DNA from: Leptospiraceae bacterium
Lineage (GTDB): Bacteria > Spirochaetota > Leptospiria > Leptospirales > Leptonemataceae
NCBI GenBank assembly: GCA_040217195.1
Contig: JAVJNR010000004.1
Location: forward strand, 64,001 to 128,000
Direction of reading: 5' to 3'
Length of the DNA stretch: 64,000 nt
Made by a program: the position numbers and the translations under genes. Under the pieces are notes generated by a model. It searched no databases, was not told the DNA's origin, and saw only the letters and a list, made by a program, of their open reading frames with translations. Positions 10,466-20,084 of this stretch are shown piece after piece (position 1 is the stretch's first letter; every line of letters begins with the position of its first letter).

Positions 10466-11029
10466 TTAGCTAACTCTGTATCTGCGAATTGGATCCAGGA
10501 TCTGAGTGATTTGAACAGCAAAGAATTCATCCACTACAACCAGCCGGCCGCGGCCAAATAGGCGATCATTGACCAGAATATCTACTTCATCGCCTACATT
10601 CTTATCTAGCTCGATAATGGATCCTTCACCCAGCATCAAAACATCTTTGATGTACATCTGAGTTCGGCCCAGCTCTACGGAAAAGCGTAGGTTTACATCC
10701 AGCAGAAGTTCTGCATTGTCCCGGTTTTCCGGAGGTGCAGCAGGAATGGCTGATCCTCCTCCGGAGCCGCCACCACCGCCTGAGGGACCAGCTCCACCCA
10801 CGGCGCCGGCAATTGCATTCAGAGACTCCTGGTCCAGGCCCATATCGCCCAGGTCCATGCCTCCGGCATCCTCACCGCCACTGTCTTCAGTGGATCCACC
10901 GGGATCATCGGTTAGTAGTGAGTCCAGATCTAGATCGTCTGCAGCTGCATCCTGGTCTCCACCCCCGGGTGAATCACCGCCTAACAGCTGATCGATCTCT
11001 TCTTGAGAAAGCTGACTTTCCTCCGCCAT
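10466..11029 (-). CDS. fliN: Flagellar motor switch protein FliN with acidic, Gly-rich N-terminus
   Basis: N-terminal LSQEEIDQLL (CheY-binding-like peptide); SpoA domain LLLDVNLRFSVELGRTQM...GSIIELDK...VDILVN...GRLVVV. Confidence 0.9.
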   Translation of the reverse strand: MAEESQLSQEEIDQLLGGDSPGGGDQDAAADDLDLDSLLTDDPGGSTEDSGGEDAGGMDLGDMGLDQESLNAIAGAVGGAGPSGGGGGSGGGSAIPAAPPENRDNAELLLDVNLRFSVELGRTQMYIKDVLMLGEGSIIELDKNVGDEVDILVNDRLFGRGRLVVVDEFFAVQITQILDPIRRYRVS

Positions 11030-11176
11030 ATACTTCCTTTATCGGCAAATCTTCCGATAGTGAAAGAAAAGCCCGGGAGTCAGGACATAACATTGTATTT
11101 TGTACGCCACATTTTAAGGTTTTTTTCCAGAACTGTTCCTGGACTGTTCCGGGGCAGCCATGTAGTTCTGGTTTCC

Positions 11177-12208
11177 GTGGACCACCCACTTAGCCGAAAA
11201 GCGGGTCTGAAGGCCCTTTCCAGCCTCCATTCCCAGCTCAGAAATCATAGATGGCTACGTTACCTCCGAATCCGAAAGAGACTCAGGCTACAGCCTCATG
11301 GAGTACGCCTGGAACTGGAGGCCATGAGCCCTCTACCGCGGATTCTGTCCTTTCCGGGCATGGCCTCTGTGGCTCAAAAACTGGAGGATTATTTCTATTA
11401 TCTGCAAAGACAGTTTCGACTGATGGGTCTTGGGCTGGAAACAGGATCCGATTATGTAAAAGCGCCGGATGTCTTCCCTTCCTTTCTAGAAGGAGACTGC
11501 CTGTACCTATCCTATTTGATGGTGCAGCCTGCCGGATGGCAACCAGAAGAGCAATGGGAGCAGAAGAGATACGATCAAGGGCCGGATTGCCTGCCATTTC
11601 ATCTGAATCGCTCCTACCGGGTGCTGGCAAGATTGAAGTCGGATGGACTGTTGAATCAGACCTGGCAAGAAGCCCTGCTTTTTTCCGGAATGCGACGCTG
11701 GGAAGGTTACCTGGTCACGGACTGTCCTGGCAAGCTATTGGATCTATCCTACCAGGCCCCCGGATTTCATGCCAGCTTCCAGGATACAGGCTATCTGCCA
11801 GGACGAGTTTTTCGACCGGCTCCGGCTCATTACAGGATGAGCCCGGTTTCATTGCCTGAATTCCCCCATTTGCCCTTTGAGCGCCAGTCGGTGAATCTGT
11901 TCTTTCTGGATGCAAGTTTAAGAATACACATTTACAGAGCTACTATGATGGATCCTGTAAATCATCGGCTGCATCTAAAGGCCCGACTCATCGGCTACCG
12001 GGGAACCGCTCTTCAAAGAATCCTGAACATCCCAGCATCCAGTAGCCACTTACCGGCCCCCGGGCTATGGATCTATAGTAGCTCTGCGGTTCTGGAACTG
12101 GAAAGAGTCGATACGCTGGATGTTCTGCACTGTGATTACCGAAATCCAGATCAAATTCGGTTGAAATCAGCGGCCCCTGCCAGGCCTATTGTGTATGGCA
12201 GGAATTGA
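11177..12208 (+). CDS. Hypothetical protein, start uncertain
   Basis: Long ORF (track 11003..12208) overlapping the fliN start. In-frame GTG at 11177 or ATG at 11324 is more plausible. Its 3' end overlaps the ABC1-kinase start. Confidence 0.55.
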   Translation: MDHPLSRKAGLKALSSLHSQLRNHRWLRYLRIRKRLRLQPHGVRLELEAMSPLPRILSFPGMASVAQKLEDYFYYLQRQFRLMGLGLETGSDYVKAPDVFPSFLEGDCLYLSYLMVQPAGWQPEEQWEQKRYDQGPDCLPFHLNRSYRVLARLKSDGLLNQTWQEALLFSGMRRWEGYLVTDCPGKLLDLSYQAPGFHASFQDTGYLPGRVFRPAPAHYRMSPVSLPEFPHLPFERQSVNLFFLDASLRIHIYRATMMDPVNHRLHLKARLIGYRGTALQRILNIPASSSHLPAPGLWIYSSSAVLELERVDTLDVLHCDYRNPDQIRLKSAAPARPIVYGRN

Positions 12209-13526
12209 AGATGGCATTGGAGCATTCTTTAAAGGAGCTGTAAGAATTGGTCAGACGGCCCTGGCAGTTGGTCAGGGCGGATGGGACTGGCTCACAGCAA
12301 AGGATGCTCCGGCTCCCAGAGTACTCAGGCAAACCTTTGAAAGACTGGGTACAACGTATATTAAGCTCGGTCAGTTTATTGCCAGTGCGCCCTCAGTCTT
12401 TCCTCCAGAATATGTGACCGAATTCCAGAAGTGTCTGGACAAGACCGATCCAATACCTTTCGCACAGATCGAAAAGGTTCTTCGCAAGGAGCTCGGCAAA
12501 GATCCATACGAAGTATTTCATTCCATTAATCCGGAGCCTCTGGCAAGCGCATCCATCGCCCAGGTTCATGCTGCAGAATTGAAAGATGGCCGAGATGTAG
12601 TAATCAAGGTTCAAAAACCAGGTGTAGATGATATTATTCTCACGGACCTGAATTTCCTTTTTCTATGGGCCCAGGTTCTGGAATGGCTGGCACCGGACTT
12701 TTCTCGCACCTCAATGAAGCACATTGTTCAGGATATGCAGAAGATCATGATGGAAGAATGCGATTTCATTCATGAATCCAGAAACATTCAGGAATTCGAT
12801 AAATTCCTGGAGAAGTCAGGGATTGATCGAGTGGTAGTGCCCAAGGTCCATACTCGATTTACCACGGCCAGGGTTTTAACCATGGACCGTATGTACGGAG
12901 TTCCGTTAACCGATCTAGAGACGATTCGCAAGTATTCCAGAGATCCAGAGGAAACACTGATCCTGGCGTTGAATACCTGGTTTATGAGTCTCATGGCCTG
13001 CGATTTCTTTCATGCAGATGTTCATGCAGGAAACCTGATGGTGCTGGAAGATGGAAGAGTTGCCTTTATTGATTTCGGAATCGTTGGTCGAATCTCCAAA
13101 AAGACCTGGGGCGGAATTCAGGGATTAATGGAATCCATGGAAAGTCGCAATTTTGATAATATGGCTTCAGCGCTTATCGATATTGGTGCCACCGATGGTC
13201 CGGTGAACCGAAAGCTATTCGCCGAAGACTTGAAGAAGGTTTTCTCCGGTATGGAAAACCTGGAAAAGCTCGCCAGAAGTAACAAAGAGGTGGAGGAACA
13301 GGAAGTAAACCGACTGCTTATCGATATTGCAGAGGCGGGCCAGAAGAATGGAATCCGGTTTCCCCGGGAGTTTGCTCTTCTAATAAAACAGTTCCTGTAT
13401 TTTGATCGCTACATTCGAATTCTGGCTCCAGAGCTGAAAATGTTTGAAGATCAGAGAATAGTAAGAAGCCAGCAGGATTTACCAGGCATGGCCCAGATTC
13501 CGGGAAAAAAGAAAAAGAAGAAATAG
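12195..13526 (+). CDS. AarF/ABC1/UbiB family atypical kinase
   Basis: LGTTYIKLGQ, PLASASIAQVH, VVIKVQKP, FFHADVHAGN, FIDFGIVG. Confidence 0.92.
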   Translation: MAGIEDGIGAFFKGAVRIGQTALAVGQGGWDWLTAKDAPAPRVLRQTFERLGTTYIKLGQFIASAPSVFPPEYVTEFQKCLDKTDPIPFAQIEKVLRKELGKDPYEVFHSINPEPLASASIAQVHAAELKDGRDVVIKVQKPGVDDIILTDLNFLFLWAQVLEWLAPDFSRTSMKHIVQDMQKIMMEECDFIHESRNIQEFDKFLEKSGIDRVVVPKVHTRFTTARVLTMDRMYGVPLTDLETIRKYSRDPEETLILALNTWFMSLMACDFFHADVHAGNLMVLEDGRVAFIDFGIVGRISKKTWGGIQGLMESMESRNFDNMASALIDIGATDGPVNRKLFAEDLKKVFSGMENLEKLARSNKEVEEQEVNRLLIDIAEAGQKNGIRFPREFALLIKQFLYFDRYIRILAPELKMFEDQRIVRSQQDLPGMAQIPGKKKKKK

Positions 13527-13599
13527 GGCTTCAAAGCTGGAACCGCATTCAAGGAACTTCGAACACGAGACGACCACCGGATGACATAGGGTGAACGAC

Positions 13600-14241
13600 T
13601 CAATTGAATCTGGATTCAAGAAAGGCAGCCAGAGCATGCATGGCCTTTCCCCTGTGACTCAATGACGATTTCTCCTCAGGACTCATCTTCGCAAAGTACT
13701 CACCTGTGCTTTCTTCGATGAAAACCGGATCGTAGCCAAATCCGCCCTGGCCGGCTGATTCAGTGGCAATGTGTCCCTGTACAGTTCCTTCAAAATACTG
13801 CGGACCTTCCTTTTCAAAACCCACCAGACAGAGTACACAGGCAAAATGGGCCTTTCTACTTACCGGGTCTTGAAACTGGTTTAGATTTTCGAGTAGAAGT
13901 AAATTTCTTTCCGGGTCCGATAGTTCGGCGCCACCGTATCTTGCACTGTAGATTCCGGGATCACCATTTAATGCATCCACGCAAAGACCGGAATCATCGG
14001 AAAGACAGGGTAGCCCGGTGACTCTGTGAAATCCAGATGCTTTGATGAATGCATTTTCGGCAAAGGAGCTGCCGTTTTCTTCCAGGCTTATGGATTCTCC
14101 ATCTTCTGTTTTTAGATGATCCGGATCCAGGTTCAAGTCAGCAGGAGCCAATACCCGTATTGGAAGACTGTATCGTTCCAGGATGTTTTGAAGCTCTATA
14201 AGTTTCTTTGGATTGCCGCTGGCCAATAGTATTTGAAGCAT
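13600..14241 (-). CDS. rdgB: Non-canonical purine NTP pyrophosphatase (RdgB/HAM1)
   Basis: ASGNPKK, EENGSSFAENAFIKA, SDDSGLCVDALNGDPGIYSARY, GFGYDPVF, SHRGKA. Confidence 0.95.
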   Translation of the reverse strand: MLQILLASGNPKKLIELQNILERYSLPIRVLAPADLNLDPDHLKTEDGESISLEENGSSFAENAFIKASGFHRVTGLPCLSDDSGLCVDALNGDPGIYSARYGGAELSDPERNLLLLENLNQFQDPVSRKAHFACVLCLVGFEKEGPQYFEGTVQGHIATESAGQGGFGYDPVFIEESTGEYFAKMSPEEKSSLSHRGKAMHALAAFLESRFN

Positions 14242-14264
14242 TTAGAAAGGCTCCTGATAGCGAC

Positions 14265-14621
14265 TCAGGATTCAGTGACAATGTCTTTGAAGCTTTTGAC
14301 CGCACCGCCCAGGTCATCATAGAAATGAAAAACCCGATCCAGCAAAGTTATGCGAAATACCCTGAGGACATCCCCTTCCTTTAGAACGATGCGAATATCC
14401 CCTTCTCTTCTGCGAACCTTTCGCTTGGAGGCAATGAGCACTCCCAGGGCACTGGAGCAGATATAGCGAAGGGATGTAAAATTAAGAACCACGAATCGGG
14501 CTCCTTCATTCAACACTCGCTCGATACCTTCCTCGAAAGCCGGCGTATCTCCATGTTGAATACTACCGGAAATCTCCAGAACTGAGACGTTTCCTTCCTG
14601 TGACTTCTTGATTGGATCCAT
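14265..14621 (-). CDS. STAS-domain anti-sigma factor antagonist
   Basis: ISGSI...VVLNFTSLRYICSSALGVL, STAS pattern with phospho-acceptor Ser. Confidence 0.85.
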   Translation of the reverse strand: MDPIKKSQEGNVSVLEISGSIQHGDTPAFEEGIERVLNEGARFVVLNFTSLRYICSSALGVLIASKRKVRRREGDIRIVLKEGDVLRVFRITLLDRVFHFYDDLGGAVKSFKDIVTES

Positions 14622-14622
14622 A

Positions 14623-15297
14623 TTAATCGGCCATGAAGAGGCTCAGCACGTAAACCGGAGCCCGGCATCTTCTCTTCAAGATTCTGGTAGCTTCCATCGC
14701 AGTGGCACCTGTGGTGAAAACGTCTTCCAGTAATACATAGTAGAATGCTGGTCTATACTTCACTGTCAACTGTATCGAGTCTTTAACCTGGAAAAATCTG
14801 TCGGCCCTTCCATAAGCGCTCTGTTTCTGCCCACCAGTTTTAGAAATCATCCTTTCCAGAGGTAAATGTGGTTTTTGCAGATGCAATCCCAGGTCTTTCA
14901 CAGGTTGATAGTTCCGAATATTCCGGGCGGAGGTTCCGCTGTCGATGTATGTAAGATATCCAGGCAATTGCATTATGTCTTCTTGCTCCAACAGGGCATT
15001 CAGCCTGGATTCAATATAGGGCAGGAACCATTTGTACGCCTGACGCTGGTTTTCAAATTTCCAGTCCTGCAAAACCCTTTTGCATTCAGAATTAAGACCG
15101 AAAGTAGATATATGGCGGTCGAAGAGCAAGATCCTCTCTCTGCAAAACTTGCATCCCCCCTGTTCCAGAGCCGAATAGCACCGGCTGCAGCGCCTGCGGC
15201 TATCCAGCGGGATTGGTGCACACTTTACACAGAATCGGCCATCCGAGTTTTCTTTTTTGCATACCGGGCATTGATTGGGACTGTAAAGATGAATCAT
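14623..15297 (-). CDS. comF: ComF family protein (double zinc ribbon plus phosphoribosyltransferase)
   Basis: CPVC/CVKC/CSRC/CKFC; PRPP loop LLEDVFTTGAT. Confidence 0.8.
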   Translation of the reverse strand: MIHLYSPNQCPVCKKENSDGRFCVKCAPIPLDSRRRCSRCYSALEQGGCKFCRERILLFDRHISTFGLNSECKRVLQDWKFENQRQAYKWFLPYIESRLNALLEQEDIMQLPGYLTYIDSGTSARNIRNYQPVKDLGLHLQKPHLPLERMISKTGGQKQSAYGRADRFFQVKDSIQLTVKYRPAFYYVLLEDVFTTGATAMEATRILKRRCRAPVYVLSLFMAD

Positions 15298-16014
15298 TAT
15301 ATAAAAGGGTCCGCAAGAGGTGTACTGTTAGCTGCTTTTTCCGATTCATCCTTAAAGGGATTCGGCAGGGGCCCCCTGGCAGCCTTCATCCTGGCCCTAT
15401 GCTTGTTCCCGTTCATGAAATCCAGGGCGGACAGTCCTCCTTTGCCGGAGAACTGTATTCCAGGTTCCAGATGGACTCTCCTGGATACCTTCGATTCTCC
15501 TGGAAGCTGGAGTCTGGTTAGGCCGAAATTCTCCGATCAAACGGCGAATCTGAACTCCTCCGGGCTTTCGGCCGGTCCATACTCGGGCAGCGGTGCCTAC
15601 CTCAGCCTGCTTTTTCGCGGCAACAGCTCTACGCCTGCCATCCTGGAGCCAGAGAAACCAATTAGGCTCAATGAATACTCTCAGATGATTTCTCTGTTTC
15701 TATATGGCTGGAATCAGCCTGCCAGACTAACCTTGATTTTAAGAGATAGAGATGGAAAACAGATTCGCAGTAGTTCCACCGGACTGAGCTTCAAAGGCTG
15801 GAAAAGGGTGGAACTAGAGCTGCCTGCCAGTGTCAGACGACAACCGGACGGCCCATTTCAGGAATGGTATCTGGAACTGATGGGCCTGGAGGTTAGGCCG
15901 CTGTACAATGAAACCATAGCGGTAAGGTTATCTATGGATGATCTTTTCGTACTCTCAGCACCGGCCATTCAACTACCGGAAACTATTCGAAATTCTGAAG
16001 CAGCAGAGGAATAA
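15289..16014 (+). CDS. FlaA-like flagellar sheath / carbohydrate-binding-fold exported protein, start uncertain
   Basis: Signal-like hydrophobic stretch, then LDTFDSPGSW, ISLFLYGWN..RLTLILRDRDG, LSFKGWKRVELELP, MDDL, resembling the FlaA domain. Track start 14866 overlaps comF and is unlikely. Confidence 0.6.
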   Translation: MNHYIKGSARGVLLAAFSDSSLKGFGRGPLAAFILALCLFPFMKSRADSPPLPENCIPGSRWTLLDTFDSPGSWSLVRPKFSDQTANLNSSGLSAGPYSGSGAYLSLLFRGNSSTPAILEPEKPIRLNEYSQMISLFLYGWNQPARLTLILRDRDGKQIRSSSTGLSFKGWKRVELELPASVRRQPDGPFQEWYLELMGLEVRPLYNETIAVRLSMDDLFVLSAPAIQLPETIRNSEAAEE

Positions 16015-16162
16015 GAAACCGGATAAGGACGATAAAACGGAGCGGCAGCAGAAGAAGAAGACGGTGATAACCTGAAATCATCCTGCCGTAGGCTGGCATT
16101 CGGCCCGGTTACATGAAATGAAGCCAGGCACGGATCATGCCTGGAACTCTTTGATTGGAAAA

Positions 16163-17020
16163 TTAGAAGGAATCTAGAATTTCGGCCCGCTTCTCTTTGT
16201 ACTCCTGTTCCGTAATCAATCCATCTTTGTGAGCTTTTTCCAGCTGTTTCAATCTTTCGCTCAATGTTTTTTCTGAATCAACAGGCCCGGATCCCTTCGG
16301 TTCACCGGATGTTTCCGAAAAGTAGCTTTCGCTTGCATCGAATCCAGGTGCCTGCTTGCGCTCCAGTAACGATGCCATGGAAGTATCGGCCAGTACAGCC
16401 CAGGTGTGATGATCGTAATCGCCTACCCTTTTATAGTCAAAGGAGTCGCTACTGACAAGGGATAGATCAGGGTAGGATTTTCTAAAGCTGATTGGAAGAA
16501 CTTCGGTCCAGTTATCCTCCGTGAGAAAATCATCATAGGGTACTGGCTCTTTGATTTCACCGAATACAAGATTCAGCCCATTTGAGTCGTACCAAAGAAT
16601 CATTGAGGTCCTTTCCATGCGGCTGAGCACGGATTCATCCGGATCAAATCTGGATATGATCAAAATCCTTTGATTCTCTTCAATGGTCTCGATGGTTCTG
16701 GCCAGAGCCCCGGCAAATCGTTCCACCTCGGCAGGATCGAAAACAGGACGAACATCACTGCCCCACATGCTTTCTTTCCTGAATTTAAAGCCCCCCAGTA
16801 TCTGGATTAGGTCAGAGGGCTTCATTCTGGGGAATTTCTGCTGCTGCCCCATGTAAGCGCGGAGCTCTTCATCCGGGTAGGCATCGGATTCGATAGTGTA
16901 AATGGCAAAATAGTTATCCAGGATCTTATTTTCCCTGGAATAGAAGCCGCCCATGCAGCTCTGAAGGGTAAATGCTATTAGTAATGCCAGGGGCCAGTAT
17001 GGGCGGATGCCAGGTCTCAT
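16163..17020 (-). CDS. Lipoprotein with C-terminal SHOCT domain
   Basis: Lipobox FTLQSC; C-terminus LSERLKQLEKAHKDGLITEQEYKEKRAEIL. Confidence 0.8.
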   Translation of the reverse strand: MRPGIRPYWPLALLIAFTLQSCMGGFYSRENKILDNYFAIYTIESDAYPDEELRAYMGQQQKFPRMKPSDLIQILGGFKFRKESMWGSDVRPVFDPAEVERFAGALARTIETIEENQRILIISRFDPDESVLSRMERTSMILWYDSNGLNLVFGEIKEPVPYDDFLTEDNWTEVLPISFRKSYPDLSLVSSDSFDYKRVGDYDHHTWAVLADTSMASLLERKQAPGFDASESYFSETSGEPKGSGPVDSEKTLSERLKQLEKAHKDGLITEQEYKEKRAEILDSF

Positions 17021-17075
17021 TCGTTCGAATACTCCTATTTCTATGATCGAAGTAGGTGGATCGTATCTTAAGGGA

Positions 17076-17420
17076 TCAGGTTAACAAATCTGGAAATCGT
17101 CGATCCATTTCAATATCATCCAGATGTGGAAGAACCGGCAACAGGCCGGCCAGCTTGAAAACGGAGAGCAGGGATTTGCCCAGACCAAAAAGTGTGATGT
17201 TGGCACCCTTCTCTTTTAGATCCTTTTCACACTTTAAAAGGATGCCTATTCCGGAGCTATCCACGAATCGCACCATTCGAAAGTCCAGATAGACGGTGCT
17301 GATTCCTGGTTCATGAAGAGCCAGGAAATCTTCATAGAATTCCCGGGCATTCTCCATTTTAAGATCCTCGGTAATGCGAACCACTGCATCAGGGGAACGC
17401 ATGAGGAGTAACTCTACCAT
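17076..17420 (-). CDS. STAS-domain anti-sigma factor antagonist
   Basis: VYLDFRMVRFVDSSGIGILL...VFKLAGL. Confidence 0.88.
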   Translation of the reverse strand: MVELLLMRSPDAVVRITEDLKMENAREFYEDFLALHEPGISTVYLDFRMVRFVDSSGIGILLKCEKDLKEKGANITLFGLGKSLLSVFKLAGLLPVLPHLDDIEMDRRFPDLLT

Positions 17421-17614
17421 TATTTGAGTTCCTCCGGCCGAACACCTTTAATATAATGGGGGAAGCCTTCCTTGTCTGTGTACTCTACAACCAGTTCCTG
17501 ACTTCCTTCATCCACTTCCATCACTCGAACAAGGGTGCCCTGAATAACAAAAACTCCTTCATGGAGAAAGGTCGGTCGGTCCAGGGTTCTCTCGTCACCG
17601 GGTTTCAGTGCCAT
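17420..17614 (-). CDS. Small hypothetical protein (64 aa, beta-rich)
   Basis: Stop/start overlap (TAATG) with the downstream STAS gene suggests translational coupling. Confidence 0.7.
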   Translation of the reverse strand: MALKPGDERTLDRPTFLHEGVFVIQGTLVRVMEVDEGSQELVVEYTDKEGFPHYIKGVRPEELK

Positions 17615-17654
17615 GGATCAAGGGTGCGACGGGGGAAGTCGTCTTGTAAAGCAA

Positions 17655-18455
17655 TTATACTCTTTCCGGATGCTTTTCCGTGTATAGATCTCGGCCTTCC
17701 CGCTTCATCACTTTGAACAGTTCCGTCTGTCTGGGATCCAGTCTTGTGCCTATATCATAGATGGCATCTTCAAACCGGGCTCCTTCCACATTGGCGCCGG
17801 TAAGTTTGGCCCATCGTAGATCGGCCTGCCGGAAATCAGCGTTCTTTAGATTGCAGTTATTCAGAAAGGCTCCCCTTAAGCGCGCCCCCTGGAAGTTCGC
17901 ACCTTCAAAGCTGGCGTTCTGCAGAAAGGCATTCTGAAGGTTGGCCCCTGCCAGGTCCACACCTGAGAAATCCTCCCCTTCAAGTATTACCTGAGTGAGT
18001 TTTTCTCCCCTAAGATGGCCCTGCTCTTTTAGCCTCTCAAGTGCATAAGCCCGGGTGATCCGATCCTCCGGTTTCACTCCAGTGCCATTCCTGTAATCTG
18101 CCACAGCCTTCTGCATGGCTTCCACTGCAGATTCAGGATAATTCTTCCTTCTTTCGGGAAACTCAAATAGGGATTCTATATCTTCGGAGGTGATGGACTC
18201 GGCCCGGCTCAAAGGCTTTCCTTTAACCCATTCAGTGGCCATAGCAAGGGCTGCCAGACCAAATCCGCAACCGGTTGTTGTATAGGATGCATCCAGAACC
18301 GTCTGATCTTCCGCACCTTCGTCGATCTTGAGATAAAGCCTGTAACCATCGCCGCAACCCACGTTTCGATAGGAGGATACCACGGTGGCATCTTCCATCT
18401 CCCGGTAGTTCTGGCGCTGATCGTTGATTTCTTTGTATTTTTCGAAATCCATCAT
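17655..18455 (-). CDS. IscU/NifU-N-like scaffold domain fused to pentapeptide repeats
   Basis: NVGCGDGYRLYLKI, ASYTTTGCGFGLAA..MATEWVKGK; C-terminal (A/D/N)L-type pentapeptides DLAGANLQNAFLQNASFEGANFQGARLRGA. Confidence 0.85.
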   Translation of the reverse strand: MMDFEKYKEINDQRQNYREMEDATVVSSYRNVGCGDGYRLYLKIDEGAEDQTVLDASYTTTGCGFGLAALAMATEWVKGKPLSRAESITSEDIESLFEFPERRKNYPESAVEAMQKAVADYRNGTGVKPEDRITRAYALERLKEQGHLRGEKLTQVILEGEDFSGVDLAGANLQNAFLQNASFEGANFQGARLRGAFLNNCNLKNADFRQADLRWAKLTGANVEGARFEDAIYDIGTRLDPRQTELFKVMKREGRDLYTEKHPERV

Positions 18456-18474
18456 GACTCCAGCATAAGTCTTT

Positions 18475-20043
18475 CTACGGATCTCGACGAGCGCTTCCTA
18501 TCCCGGGATAGGAAAAACTGTAAAGTCCATGCACCGTTCCCTGGGCCTGAGCACTGAGAGAGCGCATTTCAAATCTGGTTTTGCCCGCATGGGACTCCGC
18601 ATGAAGCTGCTCAATACTCTTGATGCCCATATCCTGAAAACTCTGCTTCAGCCCCTGTACCAGATACGGAAGGTATTGAAACATGGAACCCTTGTCTACA
18701 ACAGATCCGGTAACTCCCTGAGCTACCTTGATCTCCTGATCTTCAGAGAAATAACGTTTTGCCCCACCAGCTTCCATGGCCTCCAGGCTGGCCATGCCGC
18801 GATAGCGTTTCAGACGAACACCGTTCTCATAGTAATACTCACCAGGAGCTTCCAGTGTTCCGGCAAACATGGATCCCATCATGGTAGTAGATGCGCCGAT
18901 GGCAAGAGCGATGGAAATGTCTCCTATATTGGATATTCCACCGTCAGCGATAACCGGCACTCCTTCTCTGGCTGCGTATCGGGCGGTCTGATACACGGCT
19001 GTGGCCTGCGCTCTACCAACAGCCATTGTGTCTTGAGTAATGCAGATGGATCCTGGCCCCATTCCTACGCGAAGAGCATCCGCTCCTGCACGGATCAATG
19101 TTCTGCATTGCTCCATGGTCACAACGTTTCCAGCAATTACATCCAGGCGTGGAAAGTGTTTCTTGATGTATTCGATTAGTTCGATTTGATAGTGAGAATT
19201 ACCCTGGGCTGAGTCGATTACGATCACATCGGCACCGGCCGCTTCCAGAGCTTCCAGACGATCCCGGCTTTCCAGCTTGGTAGAGATTGCAGCGCCCACC
19301 ATAAGTCGTTTGGCCGAATCCTTGGAGGCATCCGGATATTCCCTGTGCTTCTTTATATCCGAACGACAAATCAATGCTACCAGCTGTCCTCGGTCATTGA
19401 CGATGGGCAGCTTTCCTTTCTTGGATTCTTTAAGAACCTGATTGGCTTCCGCCAGGGAAAAGCCTTCTGGAGCCGTAATCACATCTCTGGTCATTACCTG
19501 GGCTAACTGAATAGTAGAATCCTTTTCCAGATCCACGTCCCGATTGGTAACTATTCCGACCAGCTTACCTGTACGATTGCCATCTTCCGTAATAGGAATT
19601 CCAGAGAATCCGTACTTCTCTTTTACTTTATATAGATCTGCTATGGTATTTTGAGGGCTGAGTACAATTGGATCCGTGATGAATCCATTCTTAAATCTCT
19701 TTACCTTTTCTACCAGTTCCACCTGGCGTTCCACGGTATTGTTGTAATGAACAACTCCAATACCACCCAGTAATGCCATGCAAATAGCCATGCGCTCTTC
19801 GGTGACTGTATCCATGGGGCTGGACACCATGGGTCTTTGAATTCGAATATTACGTGTTAGCTGAGTGCTTAAGTCGACTTCACTTGGATGAAAATCAATG
19901 AAGCCGGGAAGAACCAGAAAGTCTTTGTAGGTGAGCCCGCCTTCCAGAGCAAAAAGTTCTGCGGCGGAGAGACCGTCCTGGAAGGTCTCTTCTTCCTGGC
20001 CTGCAAAGGCTGTACCGGTAGGTTTTGTCTGCAATCCGTCCAT
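18475..20043 (-). CDS. guaB: IMP dehydrogenase with CBS pair
   Basis: [12 protein letters not shown] domains, [17 protein letters not shown] (catalytic Cys), IADGG, YRGMAS. Start set at ATG 20043. Confidence 0.97.
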   Translation of the reverse strand: MDGLQTKPTGTAFAGQEEETFQDGLSAAELFALEGGLTYKDFLVLPGFIDFHPSEVDLSTQLTRNIRIQRPMVSSPMDTVTEERMAICMALLGGIGVVHYNNTVERQVELVEKVKRFKNGFITDPIVLSPQNTIADLYKVKEKYGFSGIPITEDGNRTGKLVGIVTNRDVDLEKDSTIQLAQVMTRDVITAPEGFSLAEANQVLKESKKGKLPIVNDRGQLVALICRSDIKKHREYPDASKDSAKRLMVGAAISTKLESRDRLEALEAAGADVIVIDSAQGNSHYQIELIEYIKKHFPRLDVIAGNVVTMEQCRTLIRAGADALRVGMGPGSICITQDTMAVGRAQATAVYQTARYAAREGVPVIADGGISNIGDISIALAIGASTTMMGSMFAGTLEAPGEYYYENGVRLKRYRGMASLEAMEAGGAKRYFSEDQEIKVAQGVTGSVVDKGSMFQYLPYLVQGLKQSFQDMGIKSIEQLHAESHAGKTRFEMRSLSAQAQGTVHGLYSFSYPGIGSARRDP

Positions 20044-20084
20044 ATTACAGGAAGTCCTGGATGGGGCAGAACGGCAAGGCAATT

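Noticed and set aside
10750..10990. GC-rich repetitive stretch (ccgccaccaccgcc)
   Set aside because: Encodes the Gly/Asp-rich FliN linker; not a DNA repeat element.
11039..11066. Perfect sigma-28 -10 element GCCGATAA upstream of fliN
   Set aside because: No TAAA -35 at the right spacing, and it lies only 9 nt from the ATG, running into the SD; too weak to call.
15289..15297. Head-to-head overlapping starts ATGAATCAT (comF / FlaA-like), and similar cases at 47577-47587 and 58800
   Set aside because: Most simply explained by uncertain start calls; alternative downstream starts exist.
17770..17990. 15-nt periodicity that could suggest a repeat array
   Set aside because: It is the pentapeptide-repeat coding region; there are no identical repeats with spacers, so not CRISPR.
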